This document shows positions 41,600-54,976 of a stretch of 64,000 nt of DNA, in pieces. The translations under genes and the position numbers were made by a program. Position 1 is the stretch's first letter; every line of letters begins with the position of its first letter. Below the pieces are notes generated by a model. That model was given only the letters and a program-made list of their open reading frames with translations, had not been told where the DNA came from and searched no databases. Source of the stretch: Phoronis australis (Eukaryota > Animalia > Phoronida); NCBI GenBank assembly GCA_002633005.1, contig NMRA01000935.1:7969-71968 (forward strand), written 5' to 3'.

Positions 41600-42760
41600 C
41601 GTTGTCATCTGCGGGGTCAATCTCGATGACTTATTCAGGCATGACATCGCCTTGAAGAAAAGTTTTTAGTCTCTGGTGTGGCCTGGGCTGTGCTTCCTCT
41701 GAAGGAACTCCGCAACACTTAATTGCATGTTTGAAAATCTCTTTATACGCGGAACTTCAGGCATTACGTCTTAGCGGACCACGTCGGCATAACTCACCCG
41801 ATTGCGCTTGCCACTTCTTGTGTAGAGGACTTCAGCGTCTGCGACCCATTCTTTTCATTTCATTTTCACTGAGTTCTTAAATGACTGCAAAAAAGAAAAT
41901 GAGATCGATGAACAGGCCTAATTTGTACATATAGCCGACAAGGCTGCATAACAGATTTTTTGAATGAGCCCTACCAAATAGGTATTTACAGGTGAAGTCC
42001 AAGAAAATGGTAAACAAATTAACGGTCATAAAAAGGATTCTTCTAAAATACCCCACGACCCACAACCACCTAGACCCACGACCTGCGGCAATAGAGGTAT
42101 CTTTGCGCTTTTTACACATTTCATAATCTTATTACCTTGCTGAGTGACTTTCCCGTAAAACTTAAATGTACCTACACGAATTTGCTCTTGCTCAAAATTG
42201 GTAGTTAAAAACAAAGCCTGAGACCTACCGTAGTTAACTGTTTATCCAGGACAAGATGAGTTTGTATCTTGGCTTTGAGCCTTATTTCTTATCAAAATAC
42301 TTCGCTCTAGGATTAGAAAAGTATAAGCAGTGTTATTGACTCGACCTGTTTTACTCGCGGAATCCCATCTAGTGACCTACTTTTCATTCAACGGAATTTA
42401 GCAAACGGCAGAATAAAAGTATCGGTGACTGTTCACTGATTGAGCATAGCGCATAGTGGCCTTGTCATTTGTCAGCTGAAGGTGAACTGTGTGGGGTTTT
42501 TCGGATTTTCACTGGCTCCGGAATCCTTTCCCCGAACACTTACTTTTTCATCGTCTCCTTTACAAATTCTCACATCTCGTGCTGAAAATCATCGTCTGTT
42601 GTAGAAACGTTTTCGGATAGTCCAAAACTCTCATCGATTCCATCAGGAACGTTGTTCAGCGACAGTGTATTTGACTCCGGCACCTTGTTTGTTTGTTTCT
42701 TTGTTTGTTTGTCGGGTGTCACGAGACTGTTTGCAAGGTGGCGGAGCTTGTAATAGGTCA
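41600..42760 (-). pseudogene. pogo-like transposase remnant
   Basis: C-terminal SFKNSVKMK*KEWVADAEVLYTRSGKRNRVSYADVVR*...KEIFKHAIKCCGV preceded by a polypyrimidine-CAG acceptor. Upstream YYKLRHLANSL...FGLS...STT resembles the CENP-B HTH. Confidence 0.65.
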
Positions 42761-43029
42761 ATTATTTAGGTATTAGTATTTGTCACGCGCATTCACTTTT
42801 TGGGCCCACGCTTGATGATGGCCTTATAGGCCAACTAATGCGTTTATGTATACAGAGCATTTGAAAATACAAATGGCCCATGCTACGGCATTATTGGGGA
42901 CAAATAAAAAAACAAGAATAATAAATATTTTAAGTTGTATTGGGAATTTCAGGGTCACAGCTCTACAAATAAATATTTCACAGAAGGAACCAGATGGGTT
43001 CCTTAATTACAAGAGATAACACACACATT

Positions 43030-43250
43030 TCCGATACCCAAAGTGTAACTGAGTATCGGATACTAAGTGGCACAGGTTAGCATAGTACCAAATGGGTACA
43101 TAATACCAAATGGGTATTGGCCGATTGCCTACCAACTGGGTCGAGCAAAGCGGCAAATTCAATAACAAGTACCAAGTGGGTACAAACTGCCAAATGGGCA
43201 AATATCATATAAAGTACCAAGTGGGTACACCAAACAGCCAACTGGGCTAT
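43030..43250. repeat. Short tandem units GTACCAA(A/G)TGGGT, probably a foldback MITE arm
   Basis: Roughly eight degenerate CCAA.TGGG units. Confidence 0.55.
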
Positions 43251-45594
43251 AACAACCTGCAAAGCAGGTTCCGGACAAGCTGAGTGAGCAGACCAGCCGG
43301 AGTGATAAAAAGAGATATTGTAAGAAACGTGGTGTTGTGGCTCAGTATGTGCCACATGGGCAGGGTTGTTCATGGATGAACAATCCTGTCCACCGCCACA
43401 ACTGGCATTATATTCGAGTATAAGGCCATACTCTACTATGAAGCCATGGTAGCTTTATATTCCAGGTAATACGGTAAGTATACGCCACCATGCGGGAAAA
43501 AGAGTAACATAATGTCCGCTTGCGTTGGCTAACGTGGTAAATGATGGCAAACGTTCATGTATTGAACCAAAGATAGACAAGTGCAAATTTTCCACCTACA
43601 ATGCAACTGCAAATAACAATAGGGGTCATATTTTTAAAAATACATCGACGCAGGACATAAGCAAATAAAGATAGTGTGGTCGTATGCCAACTTCGTTTGC
43701 AATGCAAGGCGATATCTCGGGAAACCTCGCGTGACCATGCGTTTTCGCGAGTTTCTGGAGTCTACGGCGTGCGGGCCTGCATTCAGATAATCACGTGTGG
43801 TCACTAGTACGTGCACCACGCCGAAGAACTACTTTCTGCTTTCCATTTTTCAAATAGACCTATTTAGCAGTGGAACTTTTCTTCGTTAGAACCTGGTGAG
43901 AAGTCCATTGGACTGAACTCCGGAGTGTTTTGTAGTGTGAAGAATGTGGGATTAGAAGCATGCCAGTAGTAGAATCTATTTTTTCATCGATTTCTTTCAG
44001 TTGTCTACCATTAAGGGACGGGGATCTTTACTGGTTTACAGGCTGCAATATCACGAAGTCGTCGTCTACTTGTATCACTGCTATTGAAAATTGCCCAACA
44101 AGTAAGTACAATCGTCAACAATGTGCTGCACTCAACGAATTAATTATGAAACTATAGAAATTCCCTAACCAAATTTTCTCTATTTGCACAAGTTGATAGC
44201 GTTATTTAATGGTCTGTAAAAGTTGCTTTTTGGAAGGGCTCATACTTCAATCAAAAAGACTTTTTATACAAAAAATATACTAAGCGAATTGAAACGTTAT
44301 CGAAACTTTCCTCTGCATATATCTGTACCACTTGGAAAAAGTATTTTGAATATTTTCACTTAATGGTTTAATCCATACAATGGTCGAGAGTAAAATTCTG
44401 TGCGTGGGCCAACATTTGCGCGAAAATTTCTTGAACATCAGCTACTGTTCTCAAATATTGGCACTGGGTGGAGCTGGTCAGCCTGTTCCAGGCCTCTCCC
44501 ATTATATGGTTTTACATCATCCCTCTCCATCCCCTTGCAGGCAGAAGTTTGCATTCCATGCGTGTTGTTCTACTATGGTGTCAAACCTGGGTTGCGTTCC
44601 GTAAGCGCAAGACACTCAAGAGGCGCTTATGGCCGCAAAGCATAGTCTAGTCAGCTGGCCAAAACTTAATAAATCTTCCAATTAAGTCATGTTAGAAGCA
44701 CACAACACATATCACAATCACTCAAAACTATCACTAATCACTGTTGGAGGGGTTGCCTGTTTTAAAATTTAAATTTAGATTAGGATTATTCTTCGGAAGC
44801 TTGCCTTATGATAAAGGGACAACTAAGGAAGATCATCACAGTTTCTTAAGTAAACACATTCTCGATAGTTACAGATGGACAGTCTCTTTAAATTGCGAAT
44901 ATGCAAACAAAGCGCTAATTTACAAACAACCCCAGGTCCTCCAGAGTGCCGGAAACCATCCGAGGACCAGTTGATACAATAATCTCGCAAAAGTCTCGTG
45001 TTGCGAGATCATTTTTATGTAAATGAGTACGGTTTTATTTCATCATTACCCTAATGAAACAAGACAGGTTTTATTATTTGTTGATTTCGCTTTCAAATAA
45101 CGATTGGCTGCGAAATATTTGGAATTGCCAGGGTTTTTATATGTTCACACTTGTTTTTAGTTAACCAGCTTTAAGTGTTTAATAAAACCGCAATTTATTT
45201 ACAAATTGTTCCTTTTCCTGCTGCCACTTGTGCTGCTTTATTTACATCTATCTTCTCGGCAGTCTCTGTCGTGCCCTTGATAAAGAGCGTGCCGCTCGAA
45301 ATGTTGGGAATATTTTGATATCTTTTAGTACCGACGTTCGTCGTTTTACTTTCACTATTTTATATTTATATCGGTCGGTAACTGCACGACATTCCAACAT
45401 CTATTTTATTTATTGATTTCTTTACCTGGAAGGTCCTAATTAGCTCATGCTACAAATTTAAATATTCACGGTTTTAATGTGACGTAACATTTTTGATATC
45501 TGTCTAATATGGTTTACACCAGCCAATGAAAAGGAGGGTCCCATAACTAGAACAACTTCATATATGTCTACTGCCAAGTAACTGGTAAGCTTAC

Positions 45595-46832
45595 AGGAGA
45601 ATGCAACGTGATCTATTTTGTTTTTGTCTTAATCGGTCTATATCCACTTCACTTCTTGCACGTATACGGTCGATATCCCCTCGCCGAGAGGTGTCGCGTT
45701 AACCTGGGAGGAAAGTGAATAACCAACGCAACGATGTCAGTGGTTCTTCAGCTGAGTGTTTGTCGCTATAATGAGGCGTATCGTTCCCGTTTGTGTGAAA
45801 CACGAAGCTGGAAGGAACGCGGGTATGTCGTTTTTTTTTTCGATTTCGTCGCGAACCCGAAATGTTTCGGAAGTGGCTTGCGACCGTAAAGAATGAAAAA
45901 TACGCCGTTAATACGTAGTGTGAAACCGTGAAATATTTCCGTTCCTGTGGCCGGCCTTGCTCTGTTTCAAAACGAATTATTCTCACCCTAACCGGCGTTT
46001 CTATAAAACGGAAACAAAATTGTCTCTGAGTAGATGCAATTTGTAATGCCTTTGGGGTGTTCGGGAGTGCAAATGTTTTGAGAAACCGACAATGAATAAA
46101 CCATTCTGCGTTACTGGCTTCAGATGCAATAAACCAGTAATTGCCTGGGCGTCTGAGTGCATGCTAATTCAGTGTTTGACAACAGAAAACTGTTGTGAAA
46201 CAATACATGTAACTCTTATATATGATATGGTCCGATGTCAGGGGAACCTTATTTGGTTATATATGAATTATTCGAATCATTCCTATTGTGCACCTTTTCC
46301 CTGTACGGTTCTATGGAAGTGCAACCTGACTTGCTAGCGCCCGACGAGTAAGTAGATTTGCAATTTCGAAGCCAATTCACCAAAATATTCACGTGCACAT
46401 TATTTTTGGTTCACTAATCTAGTCTTTTCGTGACTGGAAGTTCAGTTTTCAACTTTGGCAGCCGAATAACTCGGCTTGTTTATATCCGCGACGGACCTGA
46501 TCGAGTTCCAGACCACTGGGTTATACCCTGCGTTTTGTTTGCTTAGAACTAAAAAAAAATCTCAACACTAAAATCAAAACACACGGTTATGCTCGTCTGT
46601 CTGTTTTTGACGGTAGAATAATTCTTATTTATGACGGAATAGATCAAAACTTAATTATCGCAACCGACCTCGGTAAGTTGGCATATCGAGCTTTGAAGGT
46701 TGCCGTAGTACGTTAAAAATTTCTATAGATCTGTAACAGCGAAATAAAACAACTCGTTTGTTTAAAAACTCAATGCATTTGTATCGATTTGCATCGAAAT
46801 TTGCTGATTTATTGGTGAAAAGCGATGAAGCT
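45595..46832 (+). mobile_element. Second, 3'-truncated copy of the Kolobok-like THAP element
   Basis: TTAC|AGGAGAATGC start; colinear with 40088-41330. Confidence 0.75.
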
Positions 46833-46839
46833 CCTAGGG

Positions 46840-47580
46840 CGATAATTCTCCAAAGTCCACTCGTGCTCTAGATAAGGGGGATAACGACTGAGAAATGTAA
46901 TAATCTATTTATACTACATACTGAACGAGAAACATTGTAATGAATCGATCTACCTTTCTCGACTCGCCTCAGCTTTTTTAACTACTTCCTATGTCAGAGG
47001 CCTGAGGTCGGAGGTCGTGACATTTCAAGAAATGCTGGGTTTTTCTTGTTAAAACGGTGTTTTTACTTAAAACCAAATAAAAATTGAAACAAAATATAAC
47101 TAAATTTACACATCTTATCATGCTAAGCTTCCACCGTGAAAATATTGTATGCTAAAGTAGGTTACTTGTTACTTAGTTTGATGTCCAAGTCAAAGCATTC
47201 CGACCACACGTTATTGGCATTCAAACTGGAGATCGATGATTTATGGGTGAGAGAAAATGACTGATAAATTTTACTGAATTAAGGATATCATTTTTTATTG
47301 AAATTTTGCTTCTTATTTTTCATTGCGTATAAATGTCGGTACAAGCTGTTTGTTGAACATATGATTGTTGCGCGTGCTCATTTAAGTATTCTATTTTCAC
47401 GCCCGATGACGTGAGCCGTTGAGTGGTGCAGTGGTAAAGTCGACTGCCCGAAACTCCTGAGGGCCGGGTTCGAAACCGGACACGGTTTCCCGCCAAAATG
47501 TTATTTAACGTCGTTAAATAACTAAATAGGTTATTAAACTGTTGTATTGGCCATTCGAGGCCGATATTGTGGTATCAATA
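46840..47580 (+). repeat. Family D copy 2, first ~80 bp inverted
   Basis: 46925-47580 is colinear with 35095-35757; 46840-46918 is the reverse complement of ~35013-35093. Confidence 0.75.
47415..47486 (+). pseudogene. tRNA-like sequence (Pol III A and B boxes) embedded in family D
   Basis: GCCGT...ACGGT ends, A box TGGTGCAGTGG, B box GGTTCGAAACC, 72 nt long; anticodon stem does not pair well. Confidence 0.5.
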
Positions 47581-47656
47581 ATAAAACAATACGTTTTGCA
47601 AAGCTAGGTTACAATAGGTTGCATAGGTCGAAATAATGCGTTTCCAAAGAAAATTT

Positions 47657-48190
47657 TAGACTGGGATCCCAAAGCGTTTTGGGCATGAAAAGGTAATCAA
47701 ATTTCTTTGGTGCCACAGTACTCTATGGGTATTCTCATGCTTGGATATGGTCGTCAGGCAGGTTCGCTCTGGTGGGTGTGGTCAGGGGAGCCAAGAGAAT
47801 GACACCAAAAAATTGAGCTAGGTCAACTTTTTTGGTAACCACTTCAAACTGCCTTCGATACCTACTGCGTAATCCACTGTAACAAAATTCAGTGGTGGAG
47901 AGTATCAGCCAGACGGTTGAAAACAAGGGAAAATCTGAGCTAGATCAATCCAAGAGGTAACCGCATGAAACCAATTGCATAATATTCACCGTGAGCCCAG
48001 GTGTCACGAATGAACACTGCCAGACCAATCTAGCATTGGGTTAGCCCAGACACACACGCCCAAGTACCTGAGTTGAGCTAGATCAACCCAACAGGTAACC
48101 GTTGAAACCAATCGCCCGATGTTCAGTATCACTGCACGTGGCACAACAGTAAGATGGCTAACAATTTCAGCGGTGGGGTGCCCCATGTCA
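47657..48190 (-). repeat. Family C copy with terminus TAGACTGGGATCCC
   Basis: Reverse complement of ~18110-18635. Confidence 0.7.
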
Positions 48191-49258
48191 GACAAATAAA
48201 GAGTCGAAACAAAATTGATTATAATCCCATTCACGCTGAACCAGGCACTAAGATTTTTAATAAAGCCAGTGAGTCCGTACGACATAGAGGCCAGGTGAGA
48301 GATCTTTGTCTGCAAGTTTACGTTTAGGCATGAAAACCAGAAACATCGCGCCCGAAGTTGGAGTGACCTCACAAGTCCATGCGACAACAGCGTAATACTC
48401 CATAGGATTTAAAACAAAACTTAAAAACCCGTCCGTGACGGATGGCACATTGTGTTTGAGTGTGGTGAGTCATTTGATGCAACTGCTATAACGAGGAATA
48501 GTCGAAATGCCGTCTTTCGCTGTCGTCTGCCTATGTATGCGCACCAACTACGGTTACTTCATTTCACACAGTAAGTAATGGCAAATTTGGCAAAACATCT
48601 TTCTCATAAACCGAGCCCGCAGAAAACTCCAGAGATGCGTCAAGACCAGTGACGTTAGTTAGTGGCTATGTGAACATTTTCCCGACAATGCTAGATGTAT
48701 TCTTTGCCCGGAACAGCCCAAACTACGCCCGATGGGAAATATTGTTTTACCAAAAGCTGAAATTCACAGACCCAACATTACGTGAAGCGCTGAAAAACGG
48801 TGCGACTATTCACCTTTCTTTCAAACAGTCCGTATTTTTATCTTTGATATGGTGTTCTCCAAAAAGACTGAAAACACCTCTGCAGCACCTGATATTGAGT
48901 CCGTATGCCGAGTCATCGTGTTAGATTGCGTGGAAACTATCAAAGCTGTAACGTAGGTAAAATTCTGTTCTGGTTGCGAACTTGTTATTTGCAATTCGTG
49001 GGAAGAACGAGTCCTGGCAGTTTTTCAGTTTAGTTAGATTGGCATTTGCACGACACAGATATGCAAACAATGGGACTGTTCCTTTTTTGTTTTCACAGTG
49101 AACATAAAACACGTTCAAATTAATTATTCAGGGGTATCCAACCACCATGTGTAATCTTTGTGGAAATAGTGACTGATTTGCAGTTGAATCAAATAAAGAT
49201 TATAGTTTGTGTTTCACCTTTTACTTTTATTATTAATTTTATTCTTTTATTAATAGTA

Positions 49259-49362
49259 CAGGCCCGTAGCCGTAGCCAGGGGGGTTCAGTGGTTCAATCG
49301 AACTCCTCCTCTGATAAAAAGGTGCTGCCCCAGCTTATTCGTTAAAGATAGGATATAACTGG

Positions 49363-49438
<76 letters not shown>

Positions 49439-49743
49439 AACTGTTGTACATGTAGCTACTGGTGCTACTAACTACAATGCACAATGATAAATAAGTTGGT
49501 AATAATTTTGAATTTGCTTCTGATTCAAAGCGCTTCACGTGCATCGGTGTGTACTCGGCCAACTTCGCCCGAGTGCCGCTGTTTGTGTAAATGACAGGAT
49601 CGTGTATTCGATAAGAGGAAGCTTTATGTTATTCATAAACCACGTGCGTGGTGGCTTCACCAAAGGGTAACAGTGGAGTCTAGAAGTGAAAGTCTATACC
49701 TGAGCATAAAAGTCTAGCCCTACGACCTAAGTGAGCTACATGT
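49259..49743 (+). mobile_element. 5' fragment of the hAT-like family
   Basis: Starts CAGGCCCGTAGCC; colinear with 54977-55315. Confidence 0.8.
49363..49438. repeat. (AAC)~25 microsatellite
   Basis: Perfect trinucleotide run; only 2-4 units in the sister copies at 15843 and 55074. Confidence 0.97.
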
Positions 49744-51454
49744 CAGGGCAGTAGGAAGCGGGAGACCGGCGTCAGGGTTAAACCGTGGTAACCGACATAG
49801 ACTTGGGGCCGGGGACAGTCGAGAAAAGAAAGACTGCGAAATACGTATGAGGGAGAAAATTCAAGAGAACTCTGCATCAGTGCCTGGTTTACCTTTTGAG
49901 GACCCTGGCAGCACAGGTCGTCTAAACCCATCCATATATTTCGAAAAATCGATAAAATTTGTAATGCGAAGCTTTTGCGGAGCCTACTAATTTATTGGAT
50001 GTTTAAATTCAATAAGACAATTTTTGCGATCGCAAAACTATATTTTCCAGAAGCCCCTCTCTGGCAAGGGATAACGGAGACAACTTTCGCTTTATTTTTT
50101 TTCTCGAAAGTGTATATCACTTGAGAAAAACTGATGACCTGACAGATAAAATCAATTGTTGCGCATTTTCTGATATTTGATAATATAGGTATCTTCATAT
50201 TTAGGGGCCCTGGCCTTGAAAGAGGCTATTAATGACATTCAAGTGGCCATCTTTTTGTGTTTTTATTAACAAATTATTAAGGGTCCAATGTTGGAATCTT
50301 TTACCTCTATTTTCATGTTTTTTGTGAAATCGGGCAACCGGCTTTCATGTTGAAGGAGGTCACTCCCTGCATCGCTTTGGGACCACACGACAGTGAAATG
50401 AAAGGTCCCTCTATATATGTAAATCCGACAGTGCCAAGTATTCACGAGGGAAGTTGAGACTCCAAATTCATCAAAAAAACACAAAACATTCATGCACAGC
50501 ACAGCCATTCGACCCAAACAACCAAAAAATGTGAAAAAATACAGTGGGATTGCCGCCATCGAAAGGGTGGAATTTTGAAGAACGCGAAGACCACTGCACA
50601 AATGGACTATTTCCGATGGTTAGTTATAAAATAATGTTACTGTTTCCCGTAGTATCACAAGAATAGTATCTCTTTTGAAGATGGTTAGTACATGTATGAG
50701 TTGTTTTTAAGAAATTCCCACATGTGGAATACACTGCTGTCTAGGCTACTATTTGTAGTTATCGTGTACATGTCGAGAGGGGTAGGCCTACTCAAAGAAC
50801 TCTCGCAATCATCAACAAAGATTTCAGCGTTTTTTGTCAGTGGAGTTCAAGTTTACATCGTAAACCGTTATAGGTACCGCTGAAATGAGCAAATATACAC
50901 CTTAATAGGTATGCCCCATTTCCCATGTTCCCCGGGTTACCTGTCAAAAGCGTGAGCATGCATGCGGAAGTTGCTTATAACATTCCGTTTTGATAAACAA
51001 ATTCGTTGGTTTCTGACTTACTTGTTTATGTATATACAAAACTGGATAGATTCATAGATAATTTTTGACAATTAGAAGCTAATCGTGTAGGAACTGATGA
51101 TGTTTCAGTGAATTAAATAGCAGTCTGAAGTTGGGAAAACTCTATAATCCGATCCCCAAAGACTAAAGTACACTTAGACGATTTTTAGATATTTAAAATA
51201 ACCCTCAAAGGCATTGATGAAATTCGGACACACAAACCGTAGATAGAAAAAACGTTTTAAAAATCCTTAAATAAACAAAATTAAACTCATTGCTTGGAAA
51301 GGTTGTCTTTGGACTTCCTTGGTGGTTTTTGTTTCCAGTAGTATTCAGTAGTGAATTTTTGTCCTTCAAAACTGAATTGATTGCTTGCCCTAACTCGCGT
51401 GCATGTCATGACTGACGTACACACGTTAAAAAGGGTGGCAGTGTTCATTCGTGA

Positions 51455-51787
51455 TACCTGGACTCACGGAAATGTTTTGCAACTGGTTTAATGTGGTTAC
51501 CTCTCATTTTTTACCTTGTTTATAACCGTCTGGCTGATACTTCCCAACACTGAAATTGTCCGGCAGTGACCAATTTTGATACAGTGGATTACCAAGTAGG
51601 CATCGAAGGCCGTTTGAAGTGGTTACCAGAAAAGTTGATCTAGCTCAATTTTTGAGTGTCAATCTCTTTGCTCCCATGACCACACCCACCAGAGCGAACC
51701 TGCAAGACAGCCATTTCCAAGCATGAGGAAACCCATAGAGCACTGTGACACCAACGAAAATTGGTTACATTTTCATGCTCAAAAAAC
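51455..51787 (+). repeat. Family C partial copy
   Basis: Colinear with 18270-18615. Confidence 0.7.
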
Positions 51788-52322
51788 AATAGGTGCTGAG
51801 AACATTAGGCATATGGATATGAGCTTTTGAGGAAGGTGGGAAAAGTCCTTTTTATGCCAAATTATTTCACATTTTTGTCTCAAAATTTAATCATTTTAAA
51901 TTTGCGTTATGGGATTGTTTCTGCTATAACAACCAAGACAACAGAACAATTACAAAGTTTCGTTCGTCAGATCACTTACAATTCGTAATTACAGTAATAT
52001 ACTCAAGACTTACATTTGCAAGTCACTTTTTCACACTCCTAGAATCATCAGTAAAACTAAAATACCCTGTTCTGTTCTTGATACGATAAACACCCACGGC
52101 TTCTCACTAGCTTGAATTTCAAGATATTACAGGAACAAAGTATTAGATGCTTACTATTCAGTGACTCCATCTGCTTCTATATCCTCCGTGAATAATAGCA
52201 TACAAATAGTATCATGACACAGAAACACTGCTCATTCTTACACACACACGTGCATGGAAATACAAATGTACTTATCATTTACACACGTTGTATTTTAGTA
52301 AGTGTTATATGAGTGAATAAAT

Positions 52323-52323
<1 letters not shown>

Positions 52324-52353
<30 letters not shown>
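52324..52353. repeat. (TC)n microsatellite next to an N
   Basis: Direct observation. Confidence 0.95.
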
Positions 52354-54976
52354 NTCCCTCCCTCCGAGAAAGAAAAAGTTTAATCGGGTACTGGGGAGCG
52401 CATTTGTTTAAGTATGTTAGTGGTTTTTGAAGGAAGTCAACATTTGACTCCAATCTGCAACATAAGCGGCTTGGCAAAAAATAGAAAATACTAAGATTTT
52501 GCTGAGTCTTCTTTTGTTCCGTAGCATGTACAGATACAAATGGTCAGACTCACCAACGGAACGACACGTGGGAGGAGACAAGGGACAACGTGGCTACGTT
52601 TGACTGTGAGTGTACCAATGAAGTAACGTGGATCTATCCCTACCACTTGCCGTTGAGTTTGCGCAACAAAATTCCACCGTTTCCAACCTGCTATCGAAGA
52701 GGTATGCTCTTTTTACTCATTCAGAGCATAACAATATTCCATGATATTACCTAACCTGCAACATTGCAAAAAGAACTTGGTAGTAGGTAATTAGAAATTA
52801 CTTCAATAATATATGGATTCATCAATCGAAATGACATGTAAGAAACAGATCAGACCTAACTGAAAGTATGGGTATAGTGAACCATTTTGAATAAACTGCG
52901 TAGTAAGATAACAGTTTTCGCATCCGATTCCCACTTACGTAAACCCATGCAGTAGATGTATGCTAAAAAGACATTGTTTATCGATTTAATTGGAACAGCA
53001 CACGTCAATCTATCATTATGCAGGGTAAAACGTGGCCCAAATCACCATGATCATGCCTTTGTTTTAAGGTTGTCTTCGTTACGACGACGTTCACATGGAG
53101 TACGGCGACTGGTTTTTATTCGGCGGAGAGAACTGCACTTGCGTCAACGAACCAGATCCCCTCTATGAGGATTACGAATTCCATTCGCACGTGAAATGTG
53201 AGCCTGTGTAGCAAACATTCCGAGTTTTCACATTTACTTGTAAAGAATGAAGTGGAAACATACATGTAGACGTTGATGTGGAGATTTGTTGACATTTTAT
53301 ATACTCAGAAACTCTGGAATTCGATTCGACGTCAATAGAATTGTGCCACGTTAGAATAGAGTTACCTTGAAATTATCCACATTCCTTAAAGCTGCTATCA
53401 ATTCGCCCTCCGCTAGAAAAAGTAATTTCTTATTTAGACAGCTTTTAAACGTTATGAAATTGGTCTGAAATTGTTCTCCAGTCAAAATAGGTGTGATTGC
53501 TTGAAACTACATGTAGGCGCTACAAGTTGACTTAACGCGGCGTGTCACTTGATGCGCCTAAATTGTTCAGTCGAGTGACGAGTTGTTGATTCTTTGCAAG
53601 ACCAAAAATCGCATCCCACTTGAGTAAGGAACCATTGAGGCAATTTTATAGCGGTGAGTAGTCTAAATCAGCATCTAACTTCTTCGGTACCGCTTTAACA
53701 CATGTCGTCATAACAAAATGAAATTCAATCAAGAATGGTCACTACTGTTTCCGTCATTTCTTTAAGCGGCAATAATCCCGCGTTCCGTCGAAGAAATTAT
53801 CATTTTTATTTAATCCTCTTACAGCTGTGAAATTGATCCCAACTTGTTACTTACACATATAAAAAGGGACACTTTGTGTCACGTTTTCCCACTTGGATTG
53901 GGTTGGTGCAGGTTGTTTCCGTCCAGTGCTAATAGCTTTCGGTACGACGATAGACTAAAGACTGGTTCAAGCTTATCAATTAAGAGTGACCCCGTATAAA
54001 AACCAACAACCAGAGTCTTTACTCAAAATCACAGATATTTTGAGACATAGCACATGAGTTAGGCTCGATGGGATGTAGACAAATTTCGCTTGTTAGGAAT
54101 TTTCATCCATTATTTCTTTTTTTATCACCTGTACATGTACCTCCATTTTGCAACAAAATTGGGCCCCGAAGTAGACATATTTGAATGCATTTTACTAGCA
54201 TGTATAGTAAGCTGATAACAAATGAGTGAGACAGTTTGAAAGAACAATAATTAAATAGTTTAATTGCACGACTTTCAAATTGTATGTTTTGATTATGTGT
54301 GGCAAAAACGACTACCTTGAAGGTTTTCACTGGAGCCATTTTCGGCCAACTTTGTAGCAGCCATATTGCACCTTTCCAAAAACTGACAGTTGCCTCAACT
54401 ACCAATAGGTGGCTCTTATAATAATTTGTTCACTCATTCCTACTCTGTCCATAGTCTAAATTAGACCATCTTTGCTTTCCCGTAGTTTTTGCTTACGAAG
54501 CATTACATGAAGCGCACGTGGTCCTATCTGCCTTTTCTCAGTTCCCTCAATCACCAATAGGGGGCTTTTGGAACATGTAATTAGCTTGTAAAAACACGAC
54601 CCTCTGTTTACTGTAAAAAAATCGTCAACACGGTCAAAACTCATTGTAATTATGCGTTCTTATTGTTCCAAATTTTGTCTTTAAGCACATGATACCCTCG
54701 ATAAGTCTTTACAAATAACAATTCTTACAAGGTATTGATTTCTAATTAAAAACTCTAAAGAGTGTTTAGATTAACCTGTGAATGGAAGAAAATAAGAGAG
54801 TTACAAGGTTTTTATAAATCCTCAAACCTAATGTCAACTGACTCACTGAGCAAAGGTCATCGGGTTCAGTTTTAAAACTGACCGAGCAATACATGCAGAA
54901 CTCAACTTGTTTTCATTTGAGAGAGCTTAGACTTGATTTTTACATCAATTTTTATCAAATTTTCGTTGAAATGGTC

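Larger units (their letters stand above)
39304..43474 (-). mobile_element. pogo-family (Tc1/mariner superfamily) DNA transposon relic with nested insertions
   Basis: TA on both flanks; imperfect TIRs CCGGTATTTCGGATATAAG / CTTTATATTCCAGGTAATACGG; transposase remnant inside. Confidence 0.7.

Noticed and set aside
46836-46852. Apparent right TIR of the second Kolobok-like copy
   Set aside because: It is the end of the inverted family D segment.
49335-49562. Poly-Val ORF
   Set aside because: Translation of the (AAC)n microsatellite.
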